Below, piece by piece: positions 45,838-57,069 of a stretch of 57,069 nt of DNA. Under the pieces are notes generated by a model, which was not told where the DNA came from, searched no databases, and saw nothing but the letters and a program-made list of their open reading frames with translations. This stretch comes from Alloascoidea hylecoeti (lineage: Eukaryota). Positions within the stretch are counted from its first letter, which is position 1. Every line of letters begins with the position of its first letter. The stretch covers positions 1 through 57,069 of the forward strand of contig BCKZ01000045.1 of assembly GCA_001600815.1 (NCBI GenBank). The letters are read 5' to 3'. The position numbers were made by a program, and so were the translations under genes.

Positions 45838-48012
45838 TTAATCATATATTACATTTATTACCCATTCATACCTATTTTTATCAAACATCCATTTATATTT
45901 CTTATTACCAACTTGAAAAATTCCATAATTTTTAAAACATTCTTTAAATAAAATAGATAATGATTCTTTATTAAGTTTAATATTGTGTAAACTTTTAATA
46001 TAATTTAAGCAATTTTCACAAGAAATGATAATAAATTTTCGATCATCATTAATCTCATTATTTATATTTGTATTTTTATTTTGTTTTGTCTCATTATTAT
46101 TATTACAAAATGAATCTGTTGATTTTTGTATTATTGTATTTAAAGTTTTATTTAATTTTATTAATGGTTGTGAAGAATAAATATATTCATCGTTGCTATC
46201 ATGTAATATTTTGAAAACTCCATTTATTACAAAATTAATTAAAACTTTTGTAAATAGTTCAGTTTTATAACAATTTAAAGAATTTATATTTGATGATGAT
46301 GATGTTGGTGATATATCATTTGGTTTAATTGATGATTGTAATAATTTTGTTTGAGCAGCTAAATTTAAAAGATTTGATAATTTTGGATTTAACCACAATA
46401 ATTCTTGATTAAATTTTTTAATTTTTAATTTATAAACTGTTAAAAGCAATTCATTTGAATAATCTTGTTGTGATACTACTATTTTGTTTGAATTGGTATG
46501 GCTTTGGATTTTCATAGCTGGATTTGTTATTAATGAAGATGATTTTAATTTTGATCGAGATTTTGGGTATAATTTAGGTGGGGGAGTTACCGATGAACTA
46601 TTTATTTGTATATCTGTATCAATTAAATCATATTCGGAATTTAGTATAATAGGTGTATTGTGATTATGATTAAAATTGGAGATCTTTCTCTTAGGTTTTG
46701 TTATTGTTGAACATGAAGGCTGCCGTATTTTCTTAATAATATTTTTCTGTTGAAATTTATTGATACCATTTGTTAACATATATTCTTCCATTGTGTTATT
46801 TCTCTCCGTAATATCGATATCTTTGTGATCATCCTTAACTTCAATAATTTCAATACTATCTTGTGACATCTTCCAATTGTTCTCTAATTCTGGAGTTTCT
46901 GATGTAGTGTGACGGTGCTTAGAACTGGAATTATCTTTCGCTATTGTTGAATATGAACACTGCCGTATTTTCTTAATAATATTTTTCTGTTGAAATTTAT
47001 TGATACCATTTGTTAACATATATTCTTCCATTGTGTTATTTTCCTGAGTGATACCGATATTGTTGTGATCACCATATCTATAATCATCTTGAATTTTAAT
47101 GATTTCAATACCGTCTTGTGATAATTTCCAATCATTTTCTAATTCTGGAGATTGTGGGGGTGAAGTAAGTAATGAAATCGTTTCCATCACTTTCTTCTTT
47201 TTTACAGCATCAGAAGTTAACATATATTTAATCGATTCATATAATTCATTTTCATCATTTTCTGAATCTTTAATCATTTTTTTTGTATCGATTATCCATT
47301 CATTATTAAACCATTTATTTCTAAATTGAAGACATTTCTTCCACCAGTCAATTTCATCTCTTAATCCAAATCTATCATATTTAATGATTGATTTTACAAA
47401 AACTTCTAAATTTTTTTTTAAAAAGTTTTTTTGTATAACACCATCAATCTCAATAAATTTCCCTATACATCTTTCATCTAATAATTTAAATCCAGAATAT
47501 TTAAATAAATTGACTTTAGTAATACACCAAATTCCATTACTATTATTATTACCATTATTAATATCAAAACCACCATCAGTTGAATCATCTAATAATAATA
47601 AAACATTACCAGAATTATTTTCTTCATCTATTTTTTGCCAAAAAACATTCATAATTCTACCTTTTATATTAACAAATCTAATTGGTATATTGAAATATAA
47701 TGCACATTGAAATTGATAATCAATTGAAACATATCCACCACCTTCATTATAATAAAAATCTTTTGTCCATTTTAAAAATTGAAAATCTTTTGATAATATA
47801 GGACAATATTGATTCCATGTATGAGATAAATGAAAAATATTTGGTTTATAAAATATTATAGATTTTTGATTGTTGTTGCTGGACTCATCTTTATTGTTTA
47901 TATTTTTTGGTTTTGTGAGATATAATTTTTCGAAAGCAATATATTTATCGTCTGCATGATAAATCACCGTACTTGGAATAGATTGCTCGATGAATAGAAA
48001 ACTACTATTCAT
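45838..48012 (-). CDS. STN1: Stn1-like CST-complex telomere-capping subunit
   Basis: N-terminal OB-fold motifs FYKPNIFHLSHTWN..CPIL, YFNIPIRFVNIKGRI, LLLDDSTDG and EIDWWKKCLQFR..W. ATG at 48012. Confidence 0.7.
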   Translation of the reverse strand: MNSSFLFIEQSIPSTVIYHADDKYIAFEKLYLTKPKNINNKDESSNNNQKSIIFYKPNIFHLSHTWNQYCPILSKDFQFLKWTKDFYYNEGGGYVSIDYQFQCALYFNIPIRFVNIKGRIMNVFWQKIDEENNSGNVLLLLDDSTDGGFDINNGNNNSNGIWCITKVNLFKYSGFKLLDERCIGKFIEIDGVIQKNFLKKNLEVFVKSIIKYDRFGLRDEIDWWKKCLQFRNKWFNNEWIIDTKKMIKDSENDENELYESIKYMLTSDAVKKKKVMETISLLTSPPQSPELENDWKLSQDGIEIIKIQDDYRYGDHNNIGITQENNTMEEYMLTNGINKFQQKNIIKKIRQCSYSTIAKDNSSSKHRHTTSETPELENNWKMSQDSIEIIEVKDDHKDIDITERNNTMEEYMLTNGINKFQQKNIIKKIRQPSCSTITKPKRKISNFNHNHNTPIILNSEYDLIDTDIQINSSSVTPPPKLYPKSRSKLKSSSLITNPAMKIQSHTNSNKIVVSQQDYSNELLLTVYKLKIKKFNQELLWLNPKLSNLLNLAAQTKLLQSSIKPNDISPTSSSSNINSLNCYKTELFTKVLINFVINGVFKILHDSNDEYIYSSQPLIKLNKTLNTIIQKSTDSFCNNNNETKQNKNTNINNEINDDRKFIIISCENCLNYIKSLHNIKLNKESLSILFKECFKNYGIFQVGNKKYKWMFDKNRYEWVINVIYD
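46700..47150 (-). repeat. Intragenic tandem duplication (period about 240-255 bp) in the STN1-like gene
   Basis: PELENxWKxSQD...NNTMEEYMLTNGINKFQQKNIIKKIRQ occurs twice; 46720-46801 is identical to 46960-47041. Confidence 0.92.
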
Positions 48013-48309
48013 CCTTTGCACTATAGCAGGTTTAAGATGAAGACAAACGTTGTAAACACACCTCACGAATATGTGATGAGTAATTGTGACACGTGACTAA
48101 CAATTTAAATAGCCACGAATAAACATTCGACCATACTTGCAATAATATCGGCAATCCTTCTTCCCTTACTTTTGGTTCGCTCAGATAAATACTTCAATTG
48201 AAAGTATAATAATACTCGATAATAGACAAGTTATAATTATTATTAAATTAAAGGAAATATTACATTTACATTATAAATAGTTAAACACTATATTCGACTG
48301 AGCACCTAA

Positions 48310-50907
48310 TTAATGTCGAAGTTCTTGAATCTTCTTGATGGCCTTCGGATGTTTTTGAGATGCAGCTTTATAATACCATCTTTTGGCTTCTTCCAAATCT
48401 GCTTTCACTCCCAACCCAACTTCTGAAAAATATCCTAAAGCATATTCTGCTTTGGCTAGACCCTTTTCTGCTGCTTTTCTAGCCCATAGATACGCTTCCG
48501 TATCACTTGGTGTTAATACACCTTCGGCACCTGTTAAATACCAACCACTAAGAGCCATAGCACTTTCTGCTTCTCCTTGTGCTGCTGCTCTTGAATACCA
48601 ACCAATACTTCTCTTTGGGTCAACTGGACAGGCTAGTTCACCATATTCATAACACCATCCAAGTTTATATTGAGATGGAGAATAACCTAATTTAGCTGCC
48701 TGCAAATAATAATCTAATGCTTTTGCAATATCATGTGGAATAATTTGAGAATAATCTGAATTATGATTTTCCTTAATGGTATCAGCAGTTTCATATAATC
48801 TTCCAATTTCATGTAAAGAATGAGGATTTTCAGCGTCAGCTCTACTAGAAGCTCTCATTAACCATTGAACAGCTTCAGCGAATGAACGTGGCTGACCCAT
48901 TAAACCATATAAATTGATCATTCCTAATTTGTACATGGCAGCACCTTCTCCTCTTGCAGAAGCTTTCTTTAACCAATTAATTGCCTTCATATTATCTCTT
49001 TTAACACCAGCTCCAACTTCATTACATACAGCTGTTCTATACATTGCTGGTCCATAATCCATTTTGGCCGATTTATGATATAATTCATACGCTTTTTCAT
49101 AATCTTTTTCTAAACCTAAACCACCAGTACCATATAATGTTCCAAGGAAATACATAGCAGGAGCATGATGTTGATTACTTGCTAATCTTCTTAATATTCT
49201 AAGTGATTGAGTTGCCCAATGTTCTCTAGTTTTTCGTACATCTTTTGGATCTACTTTCCCATGTTTTATTAATTGACCATTATTACCAATTTTATCAGCT
49301 AGTGTATGAATTGCTTCGGCTAATGCTTTTGCATATTCAAATTGAATATTATTATCTTGTGGATTATTTTGTGCTTTTGTTCTTAATCTATCAAAATCCA
49401 TATATTGAAGTTGATCAGGTTTTGTATTAATTTTTGATGAACTTCCTATTTCTTTATTTCCTTCAACGTATTGTCGAAGTGGAATTGGATGAGAACCTAA
49501 CTCAGATTGTGCTTTTTTTGGGACATTCATATTATTAACACTTTGAGTTGTACTTATATTATTATTATTATTTTGATTTAAATTCAAATTATTCATACTT
49601 TGATTTAAATTAGCATAGTCAGTTGGAACAGAAGAAATTGAAGCATTTGAATAAGGTGTAATATTTTGATTGCCACTTACGGGATTATTAATTGGAAAAG
49701 TAGATGATTTTTGAATTTGAGGCCTCCTAAATGAATCTTGTGATCCGTTACTTTGAGGATATCCTGGGTTAGATAATGTTCGTGATTGAGGATTTTGCAT
49801 TGGTGGTGGATATCCATTAGAATTCTCAGGAATTTGTGATTGCATAGTTTGTTGAGAAGGTGGTCTATTGGGATAACTTTGTGGAGGTTGTTGAGATGAT
49901 GGTGGATATCCATTAGAATTACCAGGAGTTTGTGATCGCATAGTTTGTTGGGATGGTGGTCTAGTGGGATAACTTTGTGATGGTTGTTGAGATGGTGGTG
50001 GTATATGTTGATAACCTTGCGGGGTTTGTGATCGCATTGTTTGTTGGGATGGTGGTCTATTGGGATAGTTTTGGGGAGGTTGCTGAGATGATGGTGGCAT
50101 ATGTTGATAACCTTGTGGAGTCTGTGATCGCATAGGTTGTTGCATTGGGGGTTGCATTGGGGGTTGCATTGGGGGTTGGACTGGGGGTTGGACTGGTTGA
50201 TTAAATTGAAGTTGTTGCTGTTGATCTAGGGGAGATTGATATTGACTTGGTGCATATTGACCTTGAGGTGGGGGTTGAAATTGAGGTTGTTGTTGAGTCT
50301 GAACCTGAGGAGGAATGGACTGCTGATACTGTTGATGATTTTGTGGAGGGCCTTGAGGTTGATATTGCTGAGGTTGATATTGCTGAGGTTGCTGGGGTGG
50401 TTGCTCGGGGTTAGTAGCCATATCATCACGATTTGGGGTATTATAATAAGCATTTGGTTGAGGGGGTTGATTCATAGGTGGTTGCCGTACGCGTTGATTT
50501 TGAGATCTCATGTCCATATCAGGCGGACGACGACCAGAAGGATTCAAATCCCTAGGATCACGAATTAAAGGTTGAGAAACTTGTCTTTGCTTTGGTCCTG
50601 CATACGTTGAGTTCAGTGTAGCTACAGAACGAGATCCACGTAGTTGTCTATTTGGATCACGGTTTTCCTGAGTCCATTGTCTGTCGTCGTATTGAGGACC
50701 TGGCTGTCGCGTATCTTGAGGTGGGGGTCTTCCCATAGGTTCTGGTTGCCTATTAGAGCCATACGGCGGTGCTTCTGAATATTGCTGTCGATTCTGATTA
50801 TATTGCTGATCTAGATTTTGAGGCATCGGTTGTGATGGATAAGGCAAGTTCTGAGGAGCCCCCGGCCCTCTTGGGCCATAGTAAGGTGGATGATTTGGAG
50901 TGGCCAT
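48310..50907 (-). CDS. CHS4: Chs4/Skt5-like chitin synthase activator (SEL1 repeats)
   Basis: C-terminal SEL1 repeats (AMYKLG, SQYKLGWCYEYG, AMALSGWYLTG, EAYLWARKAA, AEYALGYFSEVG) and a P/Q-rich N-terminal half. Confidence 0.85.
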   Translation of the reverse strand: MATPNHPPYYGPRGPGAPQNLPYPSQPMPQNLDQQYNQNRQQYSEAPPYGSNRQPEPMGRPPPQDTRQPGPQYDDRQWTQENRDPNRQLRGSRSVATLNSTYAGPKQRQVSQPLIRDPRDLNPSGRRPPDMDMRSQNQRVRQPPMNQPPQPNAYYNTPNRDDMATNPEQPPQQPQQYQPQQYQPQGPPQNHQQYQQSIPPQVQTQQQPQFQPPPQGQYAPSQYQSPLDQQQQLQFNQPVQPPVQPPMQPPMQPPMQQPMRSQTPQGYQHMPPSSQQPPQNYPNRPPSQQTMRSQTPQGYQHIPPPSQQPSQSYPTRPPSQQTMRSQTPGNSNGYPPSSQQPPQSYPNRPPSQQTMQSQIPENSNGYPPPMQNPQSRTLSNPGYPQSNGSQDSFRRPQIQKSSTFPINNPVSGNQNITPYSNASISSVPTDYANLNQSMNNLNLNQNNNNNISTTQSVNNMNVPKKAQSELGSHPIPLRQYVEGNKEIGSSSKINTKPDQLQYMDFDRLRTKAQNNPQDNNIQFEYAKALAEAIHTLADKIGNNGQLIKHGKVDPKDVRKTREHWATQSLRILRRLASNQHHAPAMYFLGTLYGTGGLGLEKDYEKAYELYHKSAKMDYGPAMYRTAVCNEVGAGVKRDNMKAINWLKKASARGEGAAMYKLGMINLYGLMGQPRSFAEAVQWLMRASSRADAENPHSLHEIGRLYETADTIKENHNSDYSQIIPHDIAKALDYYLQAAKLGYSPSQYKLGWCYEYGELACPVDPKRSIGWYSRAAAQGEAESAMALSGWYLTGAEGVLTPSDTEAYLWARKAAEKGLAKAEYALGYFSEVGLGVKADLEEAKRWYYKAASQKHPKAIKKIQELRH

Positions 50908-53244
50908 AAATATTTGAAGATCTAAATAAAGAAAAGTGAAAAATATTTGTTAATTCCCAATGTATAAAGCTGCATGTTGAATGCACCTCCAAGCGTTCAC
51001 ATTCATCAATCATGATCATGAATTAGCAATGATAAAGAAAATAATAGTCCAATAATGAGAATGTAAACGCTTGAAACAAACCAGTTCTCAGTTGGTGTGA
51101 TGTTTTTATTACTACATAATCTAGATTCATTATTATAATTATATTTAACTATTTGAAACATTTGTTTGGAAATACTCCGAGTATGTTTCATATTCTTGGA
51201 GATCCGATCAAGATCATAACTAGCCAGGCTTGTTAGAATATTTTCTCCTCTCTAGACACTGTATTTATGCCCAATCAGTAGGAGTGGAATGAATCATTCG
51301 TCGAAATTTACCAATATAATTCTTAGTGGCATCATTAACTGGCCTTTCCGGGTAACCAGAGTATCACAAAAATGTTTGCCCATGAACTCATTTTTGTTTT
51401 AAAACAGTTAGAACTGAATCTCAATGAATTTCCATATAATGTTACATTAAATTTGGGAATGGATATTTAAGGAGATTGAACATTGACTCTATTGCAACCA
51501 TTCCTGAACAATATACTAATTCTACCAGGAAATTCAAATGGTTTCATAAGACTAGAATACGGTTCCGAACTTCTGAGTACCAGATATTTGGTATATATAA
51601 TGGCTAGTACTTATAATTAATTTTTCTTTTAATTCGTCCAACATTTTCTGTGTCTCAAACATATGAAAACTTTTTGAAATGTCTTAAGACTCTTTATATT
51701 AATATATTCCTTTAATAAATGCGGTTTTATGTTTTGAATATCCTTTCAATTAGGAATCTCAATATAATTTGTACCTAAGCCTTTGTAATTGCTTTAATAT
51801 ATCAACATTTAACATTTGCAAAAGCTCCAGTGAATCCGTTAGTGTATTGCACCTTTACTTAAAATATTATCTTGAATAATTGGGATAACAATTGTATCTC
51901 AACTTCCAATCACAATAATTAGAGCAGTTGATTTCACAGTTACATACTCAGCACATCAAGGATTTTTTGATATAGAATATCTGGAACATTAAATGTTTTG
52001 AAAGCAGTCGTGACAGTCGATAATCTGTTAATTGTGCTGTGTAATTGTTCTATCGTGACAAGTGAGAAATCAAAGAGTTCAAGTTACAACCTTTTAGAAT
52101 AAGTGTGTCTCATATTTTAGCCATAGTACCCCAATCAGAAAAAAACTATCTTGAATTGAACTAGATCTCTTTACCAAAAATTGGTTTGTATATTTGTGTA
52201 TTTTCGGCATCAATATAGTAACATCATGACCAGCATCTTTATCATAGTTTGTAGTAAATATATGTACTGGGCATAACCGACATTCCAGCTCTTGTTCATG
52301 ATGATCTATTTTCAATTATATTAGAATTTATCTCATATTATCAATTTATCTATCACATAAATCGTACTACAGATAATTGATAGAGTTTACGTAACTCCTT
52401 GATTCAGCCTAGTGCAACAACAGCTTTAGATTTATGCAGTAACATCATCACGTGTAATATTTTAAAAGAATTGATGAATCAAATACGAACTGAATTTAAT
52501 GTTGTCGATATGTATTGAAATGAAGCTCTACTTTATTATTCAGAGCTATATGATGATTCCCAGCGTTTCACATCAAAGATGTTGATGATGACTCTGTCAT
52601 TACTTTACCCATTACTATCCGTTCATTCCATCTAAAAAAAAATTAGAGTCATACTTTATTATGATTAAAGGACACTGGTGAATCAACAAGAAATACAACA
52701 CTTCCGAGTGTTTGTTACACTCCTTCAGTTCAAGCTACAACCTCAAGAATTCAACTAGTACAATCATTAGTTGGTGATGCAATTGGTCTGGTTGTGTCTG
52801 CTATACTGAGTAGACTTAGCGATAGGATAGGGAGGAGACCAATATTTATTCATGTAATCTTTGCAATATTTGTTAGTAATATTGTGTTTCTTACATTTGT
52901 CAAATCTGAAGCAAAAATAAGTCCATATTGGTTAATAATATCTTCGATCTTCGATGGCATACAAGGAAACCGAGGATTATTAAATCCAATAACAACATCA
53001 TATATTGCTGATACCATATCACCAAAGGATAGATCAAGATATATGAGTACTGTGCTTGGTGTTTTCTTTCTAGGTATATTTATTGGTCCATTAGTAGGTG
53101 GGTATTTAATTAAAAAATCAAATAATCGATTCTTTGGTCTTTATATATTACTTACAACTGATATTATTTGCATATTTTTATTTTTATTTGTAGTTAATGA
53201 ATCAAGGACAAAAACTTCAATGAGAAGATCAAAAGAATTAAATA

Positions 53245-54746
53245 TGTTGAATAGAATTAGATGAAGATTCTTGTTCGCTCATTGTTAATTGATGTCCTCA
53301 GATTGTATAAACACGTTGTTCTTAAACTCTTGGAAATTAAATATTAATATACTTATTATATTATATTTTTACGATACCCTTTAAAATTGTGGGAATTCCT
53401 CCATATTTATTATGGAATCCCCGAAAACTATTTAGTCTATAAATTTGTTCCATCATGTTCTTGCATATAATCAACACTCCTTCTCAATTGTATTCAAGTC
53501 ACTTAAAGTGAGTTGTTCAATTTATCTCTTAATAATAGAAATTCACCCTTTGGTATGGGTTTAGTAAGATAATCACTTAGATTCAGTTTACCATCAATTT
53601 TTATAAGATTTTCATTCCATGAATCTACCTCATCTTTTGATTTCGATTCTTTATTGAATCTCCTTCTTAACACTTTCAATTTGTTATCCAAGGTTTTTGT
53701 TCTCATCTTATAATTCTTTATTCCAGTGATCCAATGNATTACTGGCATATTGTCTTCATAAATTTTTATTTCTACCTTTTTAAATAANCCCAAGATATTT
53801 GTCTTTAATCGGTCTAATTTATCCATTGATAAATCTAACGAGCAAAGTTCACTTTCTGAACTACTTTTTACATCAATTCTCATCAATTTGCTATGATAGT
53901 AGATAATGTTGTTGTTCAATAACATCAAAGCACCAGAAGTACTATATCTATCATCTCTATCATTGGCGTGATCTGCATCAATATAAAATTCGATTCTTGC
54001 AAGACCAGAAATAAATTTCAGAGATTTTTTGATTTTTAATCCAAATTCTTTTGTATTTGTTAAGTATCTACCAAGTTGGATTAACATCTCTGATGTTTCC
54101 TTGCATTCGTATTCTGTGTATCTGCTGATATAGTTGCAAATATATGTTATGTCATATCTATAAGAATTAGATATATACATTATCATACCTAGAACCCTTC
54201 TATAGTCAAAATTGAGTTTTGTCATTGTTAATTCCTCTTTTCTTATAAAGTTATTAGCTTTGTAAGGAATTAAAGCTTTCGTAATTTTATTATTTGTCTC
54301 GTCCCCAAGATCCAATTCTAATCCGATTTCTTTAATTGCTCCTTCTTTCTTCATTAATAAACATCTTAAATTTTCATTGTTTTTAGTTAATTTCATTTCT
54401 AGTCCTAAAAGTTTTTCAATGCCATCTAATTTCCATTTTAATTTAAATTCATTTTTATTTAACAAGTCCATTAACTCCTTCAAATAAAATTTAGATTTGT
54501 AGACGATGGCAATGTCGTCAACGTACAAACCTAGATTTTACTTGAAGGAGTTAATGGACTTGTTAAATAAAAATGAATTTAAATTAAAATGGAAATTAGA
54601 TGGCATTGAAAAATTGTGGGAATTCCTCCATATTTATTATGGAATCCCCGAAAACTATTTAGTCTATAAATTTGTTCCATCATGTTCTTGCATATAATAA
54701 ATGGAACTATAAATTTGTTCCACCATGTTCTTGCATATAATCAACA
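53245..54746 (-). mobile_element. Internally deleted, rearranged Ty1/copia element
   Basis: 232-bp LTR TGTTGA..TCAACA (53245-53476), PPT 53477-53485, RT/RNase H remnant, fold-back, and a partial LTR at about 54610-54746. TSD AAATA at 53240-53244 and 54747-54751. Confidence 0.92.
53503..54528 (-). pseudogene. Ty1/copia RT C-terminal half plus RNase H
   Basis: LYVDD, YRRVLGMIMY, RYDITY, YIDADHA, SSSESE, IYEDN and NLSDYLTKP motifs; truncated just upstream of YVDD. Confidence 0.93.
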
Positions 54747-57069
54747 AAATATATTAGAAATTGGAATTGAAAATGATGAACATAATAATAATTTAATTAA
54801 ATCAAATGATAAAATTTTTAAAATATATCTTAAAAAAATTATAAAAACTTTTTTAAAACCATTAAATATTTTTTCATCTAAAAATAATGAAAAATTAAAA
54901 TCAAAAAAATCAAGAAAAATTCTTAAAATATTATTAATTATAAGCATAGTTGGATCAATCGTTGGTTCTGGTTTCGCAGTTATTATATTATTATATCCAA
55001 CTTATGTTTTTAAATGGGATAGTTCTCAAGGTGGTTATTTTTTTTCATTAATTGGTGGTTCTTCAGCAATTGTGTTAATGATTATTTTACCAATTTTTTT
55101 AAAACTTTTAAATTATTTATTTATTGTTGATCCTATTCATATTGATAGAATTGATACTACTTTACTTCAAATTGGTTCGATAATTGGTACTTTTGGAACT
55201 CTTGGTTTATTTTTTGCAAAGACAACTAAACAATATATGGGGACATTTATGTTTTCGTCATTAGCTGCATTTTCAAGACCAGGTATTGAAAATGCATTCA
55301 TAAAATATACACCATCGCATAGAGTGGGTGAATTACAAGGTGGTTTATCAGTAATAGCAAGTGTTGTTGGTACTATATCTGGAGCTATATTTTTATTGAT
55401 ATATTCTATATTGGTTAAATTCAGTGCTAGAAGCTTTTATCTATTGCTATTTTTATTTTCTTTTCCTCTAGTTTATATATNTTTCTCGTTCTTATGGGAT
55501 AAGGATACTGATGAAGACAATTCGGAAAATTATAGAAATGAAGAAGTAGAACCAGAAGCTATTCCACTGGAAGAATTTGACTCCAATGATACTTTTAGAA
55601 TTCATGATGACTCAAGTCTTGAGGCTGCCAATTTATTAAGAATGGAAGATATGGAAGACTAGTACATTAAACAATTGTAAATATAGACAGATAGTATTTA
55701 AATCTTTATAAAAAACCGTTATATATATTATATTAATTCCACCTATTATTTAGTAGCACGATTTTAGACGAGAATAATATAATACTACCAGTAGTTAATT
55801 TCAGTTTTTTTCTTTACTTTGGAGACAAATAAATGATGAAAGGATTATGCATACTAGTATTACTATATGTGGGATGTATAGCACGATGCTGGGTATTTCT
55901 GATTTTAAAACTCTTGTCAATTTTATTTTCAAAGGTATTTCTGATTGTGACTGTTGGGTCTATATTCATAATATCTACACTTGTTATCACTTTTAAAGCA
56001 ACGATTGAGCCGAAATCTCCATTTTATTTTTTGGCTGGTGGAATATGAAAAGTTTGAGGAAAGTGCATCGTGGAATGAAAATTGTTAGCTTAATTATTAG
56101 AAGAATCAAACTCTGACCTATGCTGATGAGTTTATATATATTATAATGCAAAGGTTGAAACAGAATCCGTTACTTTTTTGAAGAAGCTCAAAACGTTCAA
56201 GTGGATATAATAGAATGAAAAGTATAATTCTTGTGTCTCTACCAACGTTCCTGGATATGAAGTTGGTATTCTGGGNCAATATTAGCATCCTCCATGCATG
56301 TTTTTTTTGTCTGACATCTTAGAATATAAGAACACAATTGATTATTGACTTTTGCAATTGTGAAGAATTGTTGTGTATAAGGCGAATACAACAGACAATT
56401 TAGTAACCAATAAAATAAGTATTTTATTGTATGTAAATATAAAATTTTTAAACTTATTATTATTAAAAATAGCGAATGATTTCGTTTATACGAGAATTAT
56501 ACTAAATATTTATAATGAATTTATAAAAACTAGAACTATATACTTCTAATCATTGATAAATCTACAGAACTCTCTGTTTTAACAAATAAAATATTTGATT
56601 AAATAAATATTCTCTTGATGAACTTAAAGATTTATTTATGTAAATTAAATAAAAAGATACTAATGTAGCTGCTTTGATATATAATCTAATGCATTACTCA
56701 AAACATCCCACCTCAATTGAGCAAAGGTATCAACAAGAGCGACTAGACTACAATCACATGAGACGAATAAATTTTTTTATTCAGTAATTGATTATCGTAA
56801 AATAAAGGTGATAATGTAAAAGAATTGTTCGTCAAGAAAATTTAGTCAAACAAATATGCAGCTTGTCAAGGGAAGTGTGTGTATGTAAAGTGGTCGAACC
56901 TTTATATGTGATGTAGGCGAATAATTCTTTCATAGTGTGACCGACTAGTTTATGCATCATGTGGCTGCATTATTAATTTAACTCGGCAAATATTTTTATT
57001 TTCATGAAAATGTGGTCAAATATATAGGTCAATGAGTGGTCGATATTTACACGCAAAGTAATGTAGCAT

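Larger units (their letters stand above)
52665..55662 (+). pseudogene. MFS transporter interrupted by a Ty1/copia insertion (pieces 52665-53244, 54752-55662)
   Basis: Motif A LSDRIGRR, plus SYIADT and GIFIGPLVGG. Removing 53245-54751 rejoins the frame as ...SKELN-ILEIGIEN. The frame is closed upstream by TGA at 52662 with no ATG, so the N-terminus is lost or spliced. Confidence 0.8.

Noticed and set aside
51850..52315. Cys-containing minus-strand ORF fragments
   Set aside because: No assignable domain; may be a relic but there is no support.
54506..54697. 63-aa ORF repeating an RT peptide
   Set aside because: It is the product of the fold-back inversion plus LTR sequence, not a gene.

Overview
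This is an AT-rich budding-yeast-like (Saccharomycotina-type) genomic window with TACTAAC-type introns. Intact or probably intact host genes: two F-box/WD40 paralogs, a stand-alone N-acetyl-gamma-glutamyl-phosphate reductase (Arg5 half of Arg5,6), a spliced AT-hook/bZIP factor, a CocE/NonD hydrolase of bacterial type, a SAPS-family (SIT4-associated) protein, a spliced SHE10, an AGP2-like permease, STN1-like and CHS4/SKT5-like genes. About 18 kb (27.6-45.8 kb) has no intact host gene and is filled with transposons, relics and repeats. Its main feature is an unannotated Rnt1/Dcr1-family RNase III domain that is broken by two separate insertions. One is a 327-bp TG..CA mini-element with perfect 33-bp terminal inverted repeats and a copia-Gag-like core. 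The other is a young full-length Ty3/gypsy element with a candidate -1 frameshift signal and a non-CA LTR end. A second rearranged (fold-back) Ty1/copia element interrupts an MFS transporter, and the 5' end of a third LTR element with a tRNA-Pro-like PBS lies at the left edge. All family assignments come from motif recognition by eye; no database search was run.
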